A DNA stretch of 64,000 bases from Oopsacas minuta (Eukaryota > Animalia > Porifera): NCBI GenBank assembly GCA_024704765.1, contig JAKMXF010000244.1:549905-613904 (forward strand). The letters are read 5' to 3'. Each line of letters opens with the position of its first letter. Position 1 is the stretch's first letter. Below are positions 1 to 12,071 of this stretch, in pieces. Under the pieces are notes generated by a model. The model was not told the DNA's origin, searched no databases, and was given only the letters and a program-made list of their open reading frames with translations. The position numbers and the translations under genes are program-made.

Positions 1-619
1 ATCGTCCAAATCCGTGAATCGTGAACAGACCCAGGAAAACATGCCAATACATCACTAAACATTCCATCTGGTTGGCAAATAGCTTGGACATTAATGGAGT
101 GGTAAAAATGCCGATTTATATAATCTGCTTCATTTTCCGAGGGTCTTTGGATTCGTATGTGTGTTCCGTCAACTAATCCTAGTACGCCTAGAAAGTGAGC
201 AATCTCATAAAACTTGTTTTTGACTTCTACCCTCTTGAGACCACCAGGCAAACTAACAAACTGATGGTATATAGCTTACAACCCAGAGAAACATCTCGGA
301 TATAACGAGAGGCAGACGCTTGGCTTACGTTTATCCCATCTCCACAAATTATCTGGAACGTTCCAGAAGCGAAAAATCGAAGTGCCACACAAACTTGCAA
401 GTGAGGGGAAGCAGCATAAGAACGCTCGGTGAAATTCAAATAGTTAGTTACCAACTCTGTAATTTTAGATATTGAAACTCTAGAGAAACGGAAACGTCGA
501 ACAAGTTCCATATCATCATAACAATCTAGGGGATCATTGAGATCCCTGAAAACTCGTTGACGTGCCATTAAGGAAGAGGTTTCTTCTTCTGCGAGAAATA
601 GTGGAATCATCTGTGCCAT
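1..619 (-). pseudogene. PIF/Harbinger (HARBI1-like, DDE_Tnp_4) transposase, frameshifted, runs off window start
   Basis: ORF 227-619 has a HARBI1-type N-terminus (RFRFSR..., LQVCVALRFFASG). Manual translation of 227->1 in another frame gives LVDGTHIRI, HSINVQAIC and FPGSVHDSRIW. Confidence 0.9.
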
Positions 620-960
620 TTGTTTATATTAAAATACTTGAGTATTTATATATTATATTTGATTATAAATTGTATTTAGCAAAACATTCATTAGTGTAAC
701 TTGGAATGTATAATTCAGAATGATATTATTTAACATTACGTACAAAGTAATGCATTCATTAGTAACAGATATGTTATATCGTAAGCTTTCGAGGCATTCC
801 TTGCAACATTATTTGTGGAATATTTCATGAACGTAAACCACAATATTATCGTGAGATCATGCATAATACATGAAAAAAGTTTTGAAAATATATTCCTGAA
901 TGATTGAAAGTAATTCTGTAAAGCAATCCATCAGAAACTCACAAATTCATGAATATAAGT

Positions 961-1066
961 GATACTTAAGTACGTACTTAACTCTTAGTGAATACGACTT
1001 AAGTATGTACTTAACTAAGTACATACTTAGTACTTAAGTACTAAGTATGCTTAGTGAATACGGTGG
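961..1066. repeat. Short repeated TACTTAAGTA/TTAGTGAATACG motifs; probable subterminal/terminal region of the Harbinger element
   Basis: TTAGTGAATACG occurs twice and there are several TACTTA(A)GTA units upstream of the transposase start. The exact terminus is not fixed. Confidence 0.45.
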
Positions 1067-1443
1067 CTGGTAACTATCAAAACAGTTAGACAACTGGATA
1101 TTTGTCCCTTATTTCCTTGATTTGGTTTGAGAAACTAGCTTGCCCATGTTCTTCTGCCAACAAACTTCAGATAAGTGAGGATCAAAAGTATAGGATTAGT
1201 TGTTGTACAATTCCTGAGCCGTTTCTTCGCTCCATCCCATATACTCTCAACTGTTTGGGTATGTACAGTACATTATACACCTGTAGTAGGAGGATCAATA
1301 AAATTGAGGTATGATTCATGGTAAAAAACTTGCAGCAGGGATAGAATGATACGAAGCCCATTCGTCAGAAAATATGGTATCCCGAGGAAGAATATATCGT
1401 TGGATGAGAGAGATTTAACGTTGCTGCTGACCCGCCTTCAACG

Positions 1444-2074
1444 TAGTGGCGTATCCAAGGGGGATTTGGGTGTTCAAACACCCCCCTCATACCTGGTTTC
1501 CTAAAGGGATATGTTGTCTATCAAACTTGTCTACCAAGCACCCTAAGTCATGCCTTTCGACATGCTAGCACTATGTTTCCCAACATTGGAACGTTGCTCT
1601 GTATTCTTTGCACATTGCCCTTTCCAGCTGTACGGTAGAGAGATCTTTTAGTTCTTTGAAACGAATAAAAACCTTCTTACGATCATCGATCGGGACGAAT
1701 CGCCTCACTGGATTAGCTCTTATGCTCATACACTATGACATTCCTGTCGATCTTTCTGAAGTCATTGACGAGTTTTCCAGACGATATCCCAGAAAACTCC
1801 AGATGACTAATGTATTAGCAGACTAATTATATTTTCACTAAATAGTATTAATTAAAAATTACGTAACAAAATCTAAACATAAACATCTAGAAACTTTGGT
1901 ACAACTGCACAATATTACACTCCTCCTACTATGTGACAAGAATAGCTGTAAATCGATGCTTGAGCATCTAAGATTCAAAAAATTTCTGGGGGCTTCCCAC
2001 CAAACCCCCACGAGCGTCGCTTGCTTGGCTCGCTCCAAAACACCCTCCCCACCATAATCCTGGATACGCCACTG
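1444..2074 (+). mobile_element. Non-autonomous hAT deletion derivative with 5-bp TSD (CAACG)
   Basis: TIRs (T/C)AGTGGCGTATCCA at 1444 and 2074. Internal ORF 1608-1826 is a hAT C-terminal dimerisation domain (SSCTVERSFSSLKRIKTFLRS...RLTGLAL). CAACG directly flanks both ends. Confidence 0.85.
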
Positions 2075-2276
2075 CAACGGTTATCATAAACATATCTTTC
2101 GTTTCTCTATCTATTCGCCCAAATACTAATTGATCACATAGCATACGACCTCTTGAATTCTTTCGGTCTCCAAATTTTGATTCATCAATTTTTACAATAT
2201 ACCCCGGCCCTCCAATTGGTAGAGGACTGACTAAAAATTCATCAACCTTTAGGTTTCTGAGGAATTTCTTCCAGTC

Positions 2277-2435
2277 ACATGGTCGTAGCGTAGGGGCTGG
2301 GAGCCCTGCCCCCAAAATTCTCAGTAAGCCCCTCCAAAAATTATTGAAAACATTGATTATACCAAGGGATAGTAGAAACTGGATAGATTTTAGAGACTGT
2401 GTCTCCCTAAGTCCCACCAGACCCCTTCAAAAATC
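2277..2435. mobile_element. Short GC-rich MITE-like insertion in the Merlin remnant
   Basis: Merlin homology stops at about 2276 and resumes at about 2436. The insert has GGGGC/GCCCC tracts like the hAT MITE ends elsewhere in the window. No clear TSD. Confidence 0.35.
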
Positions 2436-2779
2436 CGGTTCCAATATAGTATGCTCTTTCCAACCCCACATTCTTGTTTAAGAACTGCCAATATCGCCAA
2501 TATAACAATTTCTTTCAAAAGGTATATTTTTGGCAAGATATTGTTCGTTTACTCTAGTCGTTGTCATCCAATTTAAAGCAGAGTCTATCTACACTTGATA
2601 AAGTACTAACTGTGTTCTTAAGTGTGTAAAATTGTAAATAATTATTCAATAAAATTCTTAAAACTAATATTCTTTATGATGGAGTGAGGGGGGCTGGCAC
2701 CCTGGATCCGCTCCTGCAAAGAGGACAGCGTAAAAGTGAGCATTTCAGGAGCCAGGCCTCCAACACCAGTATAAAGTAC

Positions 2780-3027
2780 ATTAGTTTTAAGAATTTTATT
2801 GAATAGGCATTTTTGGGCACAATGTGATCGCCTATCCCAAAATCTGCCTTCGTGCAATGTAAAATTGACCACTGAGATAAAGAATTTGTATTGAATGAGC
2901 CTTTGGCTCATCGCGAAGCGATGAACTCGGCGCATTCGCCTCGAGGTATTCAACGGACAAACAAACAGACAAACAAACAGACAAACAGACAAATCGACAG
3001 ACAATCATTGAGATTGAATAATATAGA
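2780..3027 (-). mobile_element. Probable Helitron/Helentron-type non-autonomous 5' end with (GTCT/GTTT)n microsatellite
   Basis: Minus strand reads A|TCTATATTATTCAATC... followed by a (GTCT/GTTT)n tract (2956-3002) and a GC-rich palindromic block. A similar block recurs at about 25078-25125. Confidence 0.55.
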
Positions 3028-4375
3028 TTAGGCTACGGGATAATATTTTGGATAAGGATATGTGTAGGTTACCCTTAATTATAGACAATTGACAGTATCA
3101 CATAAAATCTTGAATAAATTATCCTATGCAAAGGTGGGGACAGTGGATCAAAAACTTAAATGATTTAATCATTAATCTGTTAACCACAAAGTTACTTCGT
3201 TAACAGTTATTCCTTTAATTGGCAAAAGATCAACGAAAGTTAAGGTTCAAATGTTAACGTCAACTTATATGATACAATTGCTAAAACTATAACATGAGGC
3301 TTTGTTGGTTTTGTGAATTTAACTCCATTAATTAACGGATAACGGACTAACGGTTGAGTGCCAAGCTTTGTTGTTACATAATAGTATATCCGGGGTTATA
3401 TTTTATTATGGGCGACAAAATATTATATGACACCCCACGCCTGGAAATAATACTATACACTAAGTAGTAATTATACATTTCGAATAAATTATTAGTGTTA
3501 CGGACTATTCGGGCAAAATTTGAGGAGAAAAATAGGATCTGGTCGAAAATTTTCAGTGCATTCAGTTTACACATAAAATATCTCAATAGGAATATCGTAA
3601 ATATAATTCGTTGCTACTGTATTGAGCATTATCCTATTCGACTAGGTTGTATGATACGCGTATAACGTATAATACGTTATATTAGAAATGTTTCCACTTT
3701 AAATTTTTGCCTTAAACTTATACTTAGTCGTTGTATATGGATTTTCTAATATGTCATCAATAATAGTCCAATTCCAAGATTTTATTGTTTGAAATTGAAT
3801 ATTCCAAAACTTAGATTGAAATTTTCCATAATTCAGCAAAGGAATCTTAATACTTAGAGTATTCGCTCATATTTATAGTATTGTTCGAATATCTCAAGGG
3901 GCAAAGATTTTGAAGTGGTCGGTTTAAACCATTCCAGCCCTACCAAAATGGTCCGGTTGAGATCTCACTTACCATAGAAACAGACTGAAAGCACCAAAAA
4001 GTTGTACAGTTAAAAACGGACCAATCGGACTGGCGCCGGCCCTGTATCTATTGCATTCTTTCTTTTCTGTAAATTTAAGAAAGCTTCAACACTATGAATT
4101 CATTATAATTGTTCTTATATTTAGTATAAATGTAAATTTCAAATATATTTGTCCATCAATCCATGGTTCAATTCTATAATGATATTGTTGTATTTTAATA
4201 TTTTTGGGTTTAAAGCCTACCATACAACAAAATTTACTTTGCATGCACTTAATTTGTATCATGCTTAACTTAGCCAAAAACGAATCCCTTCCCCTAGTCC
4301 AAGAAGTTTTTATGCTTGATGGAGCCATAAACCTCATGATGCCACATGAATACAACTTTAGATTTCAATATTCAT

Positions 4376-4636
4376 TTAATTATGCTGGTATGAATGGTTT
4401 ACAGTTATCTCTCTGCGATTCGAAAAGGTTTTGATTAGCGATTTCGCTCTACGGCTATAGTCGGTTATCAGCAGCAGATGGATCGGGCAACCTTTCCATT
4501 TTAGACTGCAGGGGTGGTGCCTGCACATAAATTTGAGACTGAATTTCAGGATTGGCACAACTAAGCTCGTGTATTAATCATTCAAAAAGATTTTCTCACA
4601 AATTTTGTGGCGGGCAATTCTTTCTGACCTGCACTG
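4376..4636 (-). mobile_element. Tc1/mariner-like terminal fragment
   Basis: TA|CAGTGCAGGTCAGAAAG terminus at 4636; adjacent degenerate sequence is not confidently translatable. Confidence 0.35.
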
Positions 4637-5332
4637 TATATCTCTAAAACTATATCCCCATACAATCTGCATTTGCTTGGTAGAGATTACAAGTGGGTAT
4701 ATTACCATTGGAACTTTAATGTTCTATCAGAACCAATTTCAACATTTAAGGTGATGGTGACTTTGCAAAAATTATACATGTGTGAAGTCAGCAGCGAAGT
4801 ATGAGCACAACTTGGTACCTTTGAGATTTGTCCCATTGAGGGGTACCTGTAATTTAAATTTCCAACATCTTATCCATGGTCCATTCAAATTCCATTTAAT
4901 GACCTTCTGTAGTAATACTGAACCTCTTACGTGGATTTAGGTCAGTAATCTAGGCACTTCAATTATTATGAAATTCTCAAAAGTATCCAAATTTGGAGAT
5001 TTTTGTTTTTTTGTACATTTATGATAACGTAATAAACCATGTTAGTTAGCTTTTGGTAAGAATCATGATGTCTGAACGTGTGACATATTGAGTGGTACCT
5101 GTGATTCAATTTTCATTCTTCTTTCATTTATATTGGGTGGCAGTGGTTAATAATATGATTTTTCGAAAAGGTGACAATGACTTCATTATTTCGTCATAGG
5201 TGTGAATTTTCTTCCAACACTCGAACATTTCCGAGCCAGGCCCAAATTACCCTTATATGCCAAAATTTGCCCTGGAGATGCTCCAGTTTCTTTAATCAAT
5301 TCTCGACATACAAATATATATATATATATATA

Positions 5333-5511
5333 CAGCGGAATCCCACCACAACACATTGGGGATTAGATTTTGTCCTTTGTAGGTGAGATGTCCGCTCTCA
5401 GAGATTGATTAAGTATTATTTACATGAATGATTCACTTATTTCGTTCCACGAGCTTGTACGTTGTAGAGGCGTTGTCTGCTTTTCGGAGTCCGTTTTGGG
5501 AGACTTCAGTG
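5333..5511. mobile_element. pogo/Tc1-type MITE in a (TA)n tract
   Basis: TA|CAGCGGAATCCC at the left end, TA|CACTGAAGTCTCCC (reverse complement) at the right end. Confidence 0.55.
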
Positions 5512-6784
5512 TATATATCTACAGATTAATTGTTGTTTAATAATATAGATTTATTTGTCTGACATAAAATTTGGAATAGAAATATAGTACATGTGGTTAA
5601 TTAATAAGTTCATTTGGAACTTTGAACAATGGATTATATCCATAACATTTATTTTGCTATTGCCGGATGGGAAATGTCTTAAAAGGTAATAGTAAAATTG
5701 GCTCTATGAATAAAATGTTCATGGTGTAAGCTTTTTAGATGATAGTTGTTACTTGTTAGCTTAATTAATTCAGTAAAACTTCTGCAAGTGGGCAAATATT
5801 CTGATATCACCCATTCCCAACTCTACTAATATAGGTTCGTTCATATGGGAAGTCAATAAACGGAAGTCAAGCAACTTTGTCCCGCATAAATACTACATTA
5901 TTAGGCGTGGAGTTCATGCAGGTTGCAATTTCATTAGTTTACTAAGTGAAATGCGAGAATTATCACAAAACCTCAACAAATGTGTGAAATTAATAATAAT
6001 TTGAAAGCTACTCCGATGTTTCAATGAATTCACAATAGCATGGCTTCCGGACTGTTATTTCACATACCTGTAATAATTAGCTGTACAGCCGAGGGTAAAC
6101 ATATAGTTTTGATTGTAACCACTCGAATTCTTTGGATATCACAGAACTTGTTGTAATTCATGTAATCCACGGTGTCCCCAAACCTCAATTATCTTTGTAA
6201 AATATGGTCCATAGAATCGAAGTCCCAAACTATGTGAAATTGATTCCAAGTGGATTTAGAAAATCAATTGCATATCAAATTTCACACATTTATTCTATCT
6301 TAAATGCATTTTATCTCTGGATCTAGAAAGTTTTTTATGTTTAGATAGTATTATTAGCTAATGGAAAGTTAGTAATTTTGTTCTATTGGTGATTATTGTT
6401 AATTTATTAGTAAGAGGGTTATTGACTTATGAATTTCTGATAAAATAATGGGGAAAACTATAAATGTAATTATTTCGATTATTATCCAAGGTGTATGGAA
6501 ACAGTATTTGCATTACTATTAAGTAAAAGATATTCTTTCAATTTTCCGAAAGATAACTATCTTGATAATCTTCACATTAATTCCTTGGAACAAAGTACAT
6601 ATTTTGATACCCGATTTCCATGGGCATATTTTTCCAAGCATGATTGACGTTAGGGACACCGTGGTGATATAAATACAAAAGATTAAATTTACAAATTTAT
6701 GACTCCAGTTACTGTGATATGAGTGCAACCTTGTTATACTAGTATCACTTCAATGCAACTCTGCGATACTATCACTGAAGAACA

Positions 6785-9700
6785 CACGGGTAACTGAAAA
6801 AACATTATGACACAAAAAATGAGGTCGTTGTGATTTTTTCACTTTCTTATACAGAATTTTATGAGGAATCCGAATATACACTCCAAAAGATTTTCCTACC
6901 ATTAAATTTTTTTACAGATTATACAAAAATTTATGAAATCAAAAATTTCTGGCTAAAATAATTTAATATATCCCCATTTTTATTATATTATCGTGATTCT
7001 TCGCTGATACATTTCTTTCTAGAATTCAATTTAAGTACTAGTTACCTAATAGAATTGATGTTTTTAACGAATTCCTATCCAAATGTCATTAGCATGGCAA
7101 CAAAATGAAACGTAGGAATCTACCCAGTAGTTTTCAATCTAGCTAAGTAGTACTTGTATGTTATTACATTTAGGATATATGTTTAATTATTGATATGTAA
7201 TTATTGATGTGTAATTATTGATTCTTATCATAACTTAACCAATTATTTTTATTCCTAATATAATGTAGAACATGACCTAGCATAACATACTATGATTTAT
7301 TTATGAAATTGAAAAAGTTTACATCTGATACTGTGTTCAATAAGTACTCTGGAAATTTTTCATTTTCCTCTTGACATTTTTATCTTACCTCCCAACTCTA
7401 CCAAATCTAGAATGGGCAGATTCAAATGCTTGTTCTGAAACTGATCCCAAACCCATTCCGTCTGGAAGGTAATTCGTGATAAACGGAATTAGGTGCCTAC
7501 ATGGAACATGAACTTTTGTAGAGCAAGAAAGTCCTGATTGTTTAAATGATTGTTCAAAATGATATACTCCCATTTTGAAATCTCCCTTATGTGTTTCCCG
7601 AAGCAAGAATCAACAACATCCCTGAATTTTACAAGCGTGATATAAGACGAATTACTCTTTGGAAACCCGAGTTCCAATACCTCCTTTGTGATTTTCCTCA
7701 TTGCATTACCTTCAAATGTTCCTCTATGGTAAGCACTTCTATGAATATTTAGTTTTTTAGTATTGCTTCATGGTGTTCTTTTTCGTCCTCAGACATTGTG
7801 ATGAGGATGGCATCGTATAACTTCTGTCCTATCCCAAGTAACAGATGTACTCGGGAAGATTAAACATTTGCATGAAATCTACCAGTCGTACATTTAGTGT
7901 TTGGCGATCCTCAATACTTTCGCAGTCAATTGCATGATTCTTAGAATCTCCCTGATACATATCTTGAAGCTTTGAAACATCTCTAGATGGTGAGCAGATG
8001 ATCGTTCTTCCCACTGAACACTGTCTAAACCCCTTCTATTGTCCCAAGTACACCATATACAAGAGCGACGTCCGTTCATTATTCCCAATCAATAAATAGC
8101 AGCTTTCAAATCTACTGTAAATGAAACGTTGTGTTCTTCCATCAGCCGTTTAATCTGGTCATCTTGAAGCATAACGGAGAAGTTATAATTACACTCAAGG
8201 GCACTCGTAACCCATAGATAAACCAGGTTATCGACAGAATTATCATTCTGTAGACACCAGTGGTGTCCTGCTGTGGGAGCGGGTGGGAGCGCCGCTCCTA
8301 TAGTTTTTTTATCAAATCAAATTAGGAAGTCACAATTACTTCACAAGTTAGAGAATTTGTATACTTGGTATCTACAGTAACATACAATCAATATTTGAAA
8401 TAAATTGAAATTTGTTCCAAATACAATTAAGTCGAGTTGAGAGAGCAAATGTTTAGTTTATAGCGCCGTGAATGTATTGTACTTGTTTGAAGAACAATGG
8501 GAAGTTTTACATCAACTATGTATTATTTTATCCGAATCTAGCGTTAATCATAACAAAATATCTATTTCAAATGATTCTTATAAGTAATAATTATATTATA
8601 AGCAACGTGTTCTGGAATGTAGGATATATAAAATGATGGAATATAATATTCTGAGCCCGTAAACAAGAAGAAATTTGGAAGTATTATTGGTTGAATAATT
8701 TGGGGACTCAATCACTTGTTAGAACTCTATTTTCAGATTTACTACTAAACCTTTGATATTATTCATACTTATCTTATTAATTCAATTACCGGTATATTGT
8801 TTGAATTTTGTATTAGAAATTAGGATATATTCAATTGAATTTGAAATTTGAAATACCGCTCCCATACTTATAATTAGAGCAAGACATCCTGGTAGACACA
8901 TAAGTAGTTTAGTGAAACCACAACCAAAGTCTAATCCAAGCTTGAAATGTAGATCATGGACCGATATTTCTCCGCTGATATTAAAGATATTTTCTATTAG
9001 GGCATCGATATTGCAACATCTCACTATCCAGGAGTTCCAATATTCTGACTTGTATTTCTCTTTATTATAGTCCAGCTCAATTTGGATGCATTCGAATATT
9101 TCGTCGCACAACAAATGTCATCCTCTATAGTAGCTATCCATTGATGGACATGGTACTCCAACATCTCTAATAATTCGAGTTACCACCTTTAATTGCTTAT
9201 TAAACAATGACATTCCTGAACACTTCAAATTCGCGATGTGAGAGAAATCCATTTTTGGTAATTTGGCTGGACGTTCGTCAGTACTGGAAGAGGAGACAGT
9301 AAGATGAAACGGATTCCCACCTGAAGTTTTAGGCAACTGAATTGAAGATTTGTTGTGGCTACACTCATGTAATCTTTGGTATACATTATCACCAACGAAT
9401 GTATCAATAGCGTTATGGTGTTCTAACATATTATGTGCGTTGGTAATCAATGTCTTTTTCAACAAATATGACTAACTCCAGGACTAACACGAGTCGCACA
9501 TTTGTAGCATATCTTGATCATCTTTTGAGGTGAATTGATTGTTGATCTTCATGGCTTTATATGGATTATCGAAGATGAAGCTTGATTCTTGCGACCGAAC
9601 CTTGACCTCTCGGCACACAGTGAACATAAGTTCCCAATGCGCAGGTGTTTAAGCGCGTGTTACGAATTATAGGCCAATTATATCGTGCGGGTGTTTTCCT

Positions 9701-10349
9701 CGTGGTATCCCCTGAAGATAGAGTAAACAAGTAGGCTTACAAGTATTACACACGATATAAGGGCGATTATCTTCTAAAATATTGATTGGTTCCAAATATT
9801 GGTTGTATAATTCACCTAACTTAGTGTCCTTTAGGTGATTATTCCTCAAAACAATTTTGCCAACTTTCGAAACACCAGCGACAAATTCTAGTATTTGAAT
9901 GTTCATGTTTCGTTTCTTCACTCATTTGCTTTAACTGAATTAATCAATAATTACACATATATATCCTAAATGTAATAACATACAAGTACTACTTAGCTAG
10001 ATTGAAAACTACTGGGTAGATTCCTACATTTCATTTTGTTGCCATGCTAATGACATTTTGGATAGGAATTCGTTAAAAACATCAATTCTATTAGGTAACT
10101 AGTAATTAAATTGAATTCTAGAAAGAAATATATGAGCGAAGAATCACGATAATATAATAAAAATGGGATGTAAAATTATTTTAGCCAGAATTTTTTGATT
10201 TCATAATTTTTTGTATAATCTGTGAAAAAGATTTAAGGGTAGGAAAATTTTTTGGAGTGTATATTCGGATTCCTCATAAAATTCTGTATTAGAAAGTGAA
10301 AAAATCACCGACTCATTTTCTTGTCATAATGTTTATTCAGTTACCCGTA
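6785..10349 (-). mobile_element. Chapaev (CMC superfamily) transposon, degenerate, ~400-bp TIRs, 4-bp TSD AACA
   Basis: 6785-~7181 is the near-identical inverse of ~9958-10349. Termini are CACGGGTAAC / TACGGGTAAC, with AACA on both flanks. Minus-strand fragments give KLGLDFGCGFTK, FTVDLK, GIMNGRRSCIWC and GLGSVSEQAFESAH. Confidence 0.85.
8258..8891. mobile_element. hAT-type MITE inserted in the Chapaev transposase, 8-bp TSD GTAGACAC
   Basis: TIRs CAGTGGTGTCCTGCT / CAGGATGTCTTGCT. GTAGACAC lies at 8250-8257 and 8892-8899. Removing the insert restores ...FTKLLMCLQNDNSVDNL... Confidence 0.9.
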
Positions 10350-10353
10350 AACA

Positions 10354-11011
10354 GCACTCGCTGGCATAGTTGGAGATAATGTAGTTGTTTCAATTCCAAC
10401 AGTGGATCGTGGGACGAGGATGTCCAAAATATCCTTGGCGTATTCATACACAGAGACTGGAAATTAGGCCAGCATACAATTGGTGTAAAATATAGGGTAT
10501 TGAAAGGGCAATACTCAAGAAATTAGTTTGATCTTATCTTTGTCCTCAACGCTTGTTATCAATCACCAGCATCATTACTAAGACCACAATGTCATTGTGT
10601 TCAGCCGTTATCGCTCAGTCAGCTTCTGGTGGACAAGGTTTTGCTATATCCAATTGTAATAGTCCGTCCAACTGTACATCGAACAGATGTAAGTGCTAGC
10701 AAACAAATTTAAGTGTAATTCTCGGTGCTACGAAGTCTCACTTGTGTGTTACAAATAATATCTTCACTTCTTAATGTTTCTTCATTTTGTTTTGTTAACT
10801 AGGAATAAATGTAGAATCGTATCTAGAGTCTCATCCAGGTTCACATGGTCATACGCCTAAAAATGTATCTAATTCACTTCATACGCCTAGACTATATATT
10901 TTGCATTAAGATATAAGAGTTTCTGCCCCTAGAGAGAAATTTTCATACGCCTAGAGATATATTTTGCCAAATTTATGCGCCTGTAGGCCCGTCGCATACG
11001 CCTGGATAACA
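10354..11011 (+). mobile_element. Ginger2/TDD (KRBA2/SCAND3-like integrase) 3' fragment with right terminus
   Basis: Degenerate translation IVGDNVVV...NILGV...IGVK..LKGQYSRN...GGQGF...CNS..C.SNRCKC...KCNSRC. Subterminal CATACGCCT repeats (10850-11003) end in ...GGATAACA, which reads TGTTATCC on the other strand. Confidence 0.7.
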
Positions 11012-11320
11012 CCCTCATTGTATCTCTTACTTCTTAGTGTTTAGTAAATCAATGAAATAAACAGGCCATTAAATTGGGAATATTGTGAATTTCCTAATTC
11101 TTTCAGTAATTTCGTAAATTCACTGGGTGAATTAGTAATTATTTGATTTTCCTAAAACAATCAGGGATTTCACTCTCTTACTGTACATACATGTATACTT
11201 ACAGATAAACTGCTTTGTAATAGTATAAATTTGCCTGGATTTAGTAAATTACCCCTGTATATGATTTCAAATCCCAGAGAATCCAAGAATCCAGGAATGT
11301 TGGCAGGTATGCATTAATAC

Positions 11321-11957
11321 GGGATACGGACTGTTCGCTACGGGACAGTTCAGTACGTGGACATTTCTGTTCAAATTTTTTTTTACAGGATAATGGAAAA
11401 CGATCCTCCGCATCAATTTATACTCATCGAGTCGAACAGAGGGGGTCACAAACTATCCGAAGGATGATACATTTTTGACAAACAGAAGATTTATGGTGAT
11501 ACAACTCATTGGCAATGTCAGAGAAATGGTCAGTGTAAATCAAGATTACTCACTAAGGGGTTGACAATAGCTACCGTCGGATGTCACCAACTCAACATTT
11601 GGCGTTTTATCTATGCATTGTAGCCAGAGCAAGTACTTGTAGAAGTCAAACAGGCTAAAAATTATTGCTGGAGAAAAGCCAGCGAAACGTAAAAGAATAA
11701 AGCTAATGAAGAAGGGTTTAAAAGTCTGATCTCCGGATACTTTCACAGACTACCCACGGAGTATATACCTGGAGTGGCACATAGAATTGGCCTAAAAGAG
11801 ATATGATACTAGTTCTCACTCTCATTATTACTAATCATTTTTATTTCAATATTTCTCAATTACTCATTAATCTAGCCCCAACAGTAGAGATTTACGAGTT
11901 TTACTATACATCTCAATTTTGAACCGGAATGTCCACGTACCGAACAGTCCGTATCCA
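11321..11957 (+). mobile_element. Mutator-like (MULE) internal-deletion derivative, 9-bp TSD CATTAATAC
   Basis: TIRs GGATACGGACTGTTC...GTACGTGGACATT. CATTAATAC lies at 11312-11320 and 11958-11966. An internal frame from ~11393 encodes a FLYWCH-like start (SNRGGHKL..GYIFDK....THWQC....CKSRL). Confidence 0.85.
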
Positions 11958-12071
11958 CATTAATACATTAGCAATTCTTATGCTCACAGTATCACCTGAA
12001 ATAGTTTATCATATTTGGTTTCTTTTGTTTGTAGTATTTATCTCAAATATTTCTTTGGAAGGTAATTTTAA

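Larger units (their letters stand above)
1085..2500 (-). pseudogene. Merlin (IS1595/ISXO2-like) transposase remnant, interrupted by two insertions
   Basis: IVKIDESKFG...LVFGRIDRETKDMF in ORF 1968-2417. Segments 1085-1443 and 2075-2276 are collinear, as reverse complement, with the Merlin transposase at 39971-40910. Confidence 0.85.

Noticed and set aside
2642-3004. 120-aa minus-strand ORF MSVDLSVCLFVCLFV...
   Set aside because: Translation of a (GTCT/GTTT)n microsatellite in a repeat end; not a credible protein.
10850-11005. Regularly spaced CATACGCCT repeats as a regulatory array
   Set aside because: They are explained as subterminal repeats of the Ginger2 right end (TGT terminus at 11011).
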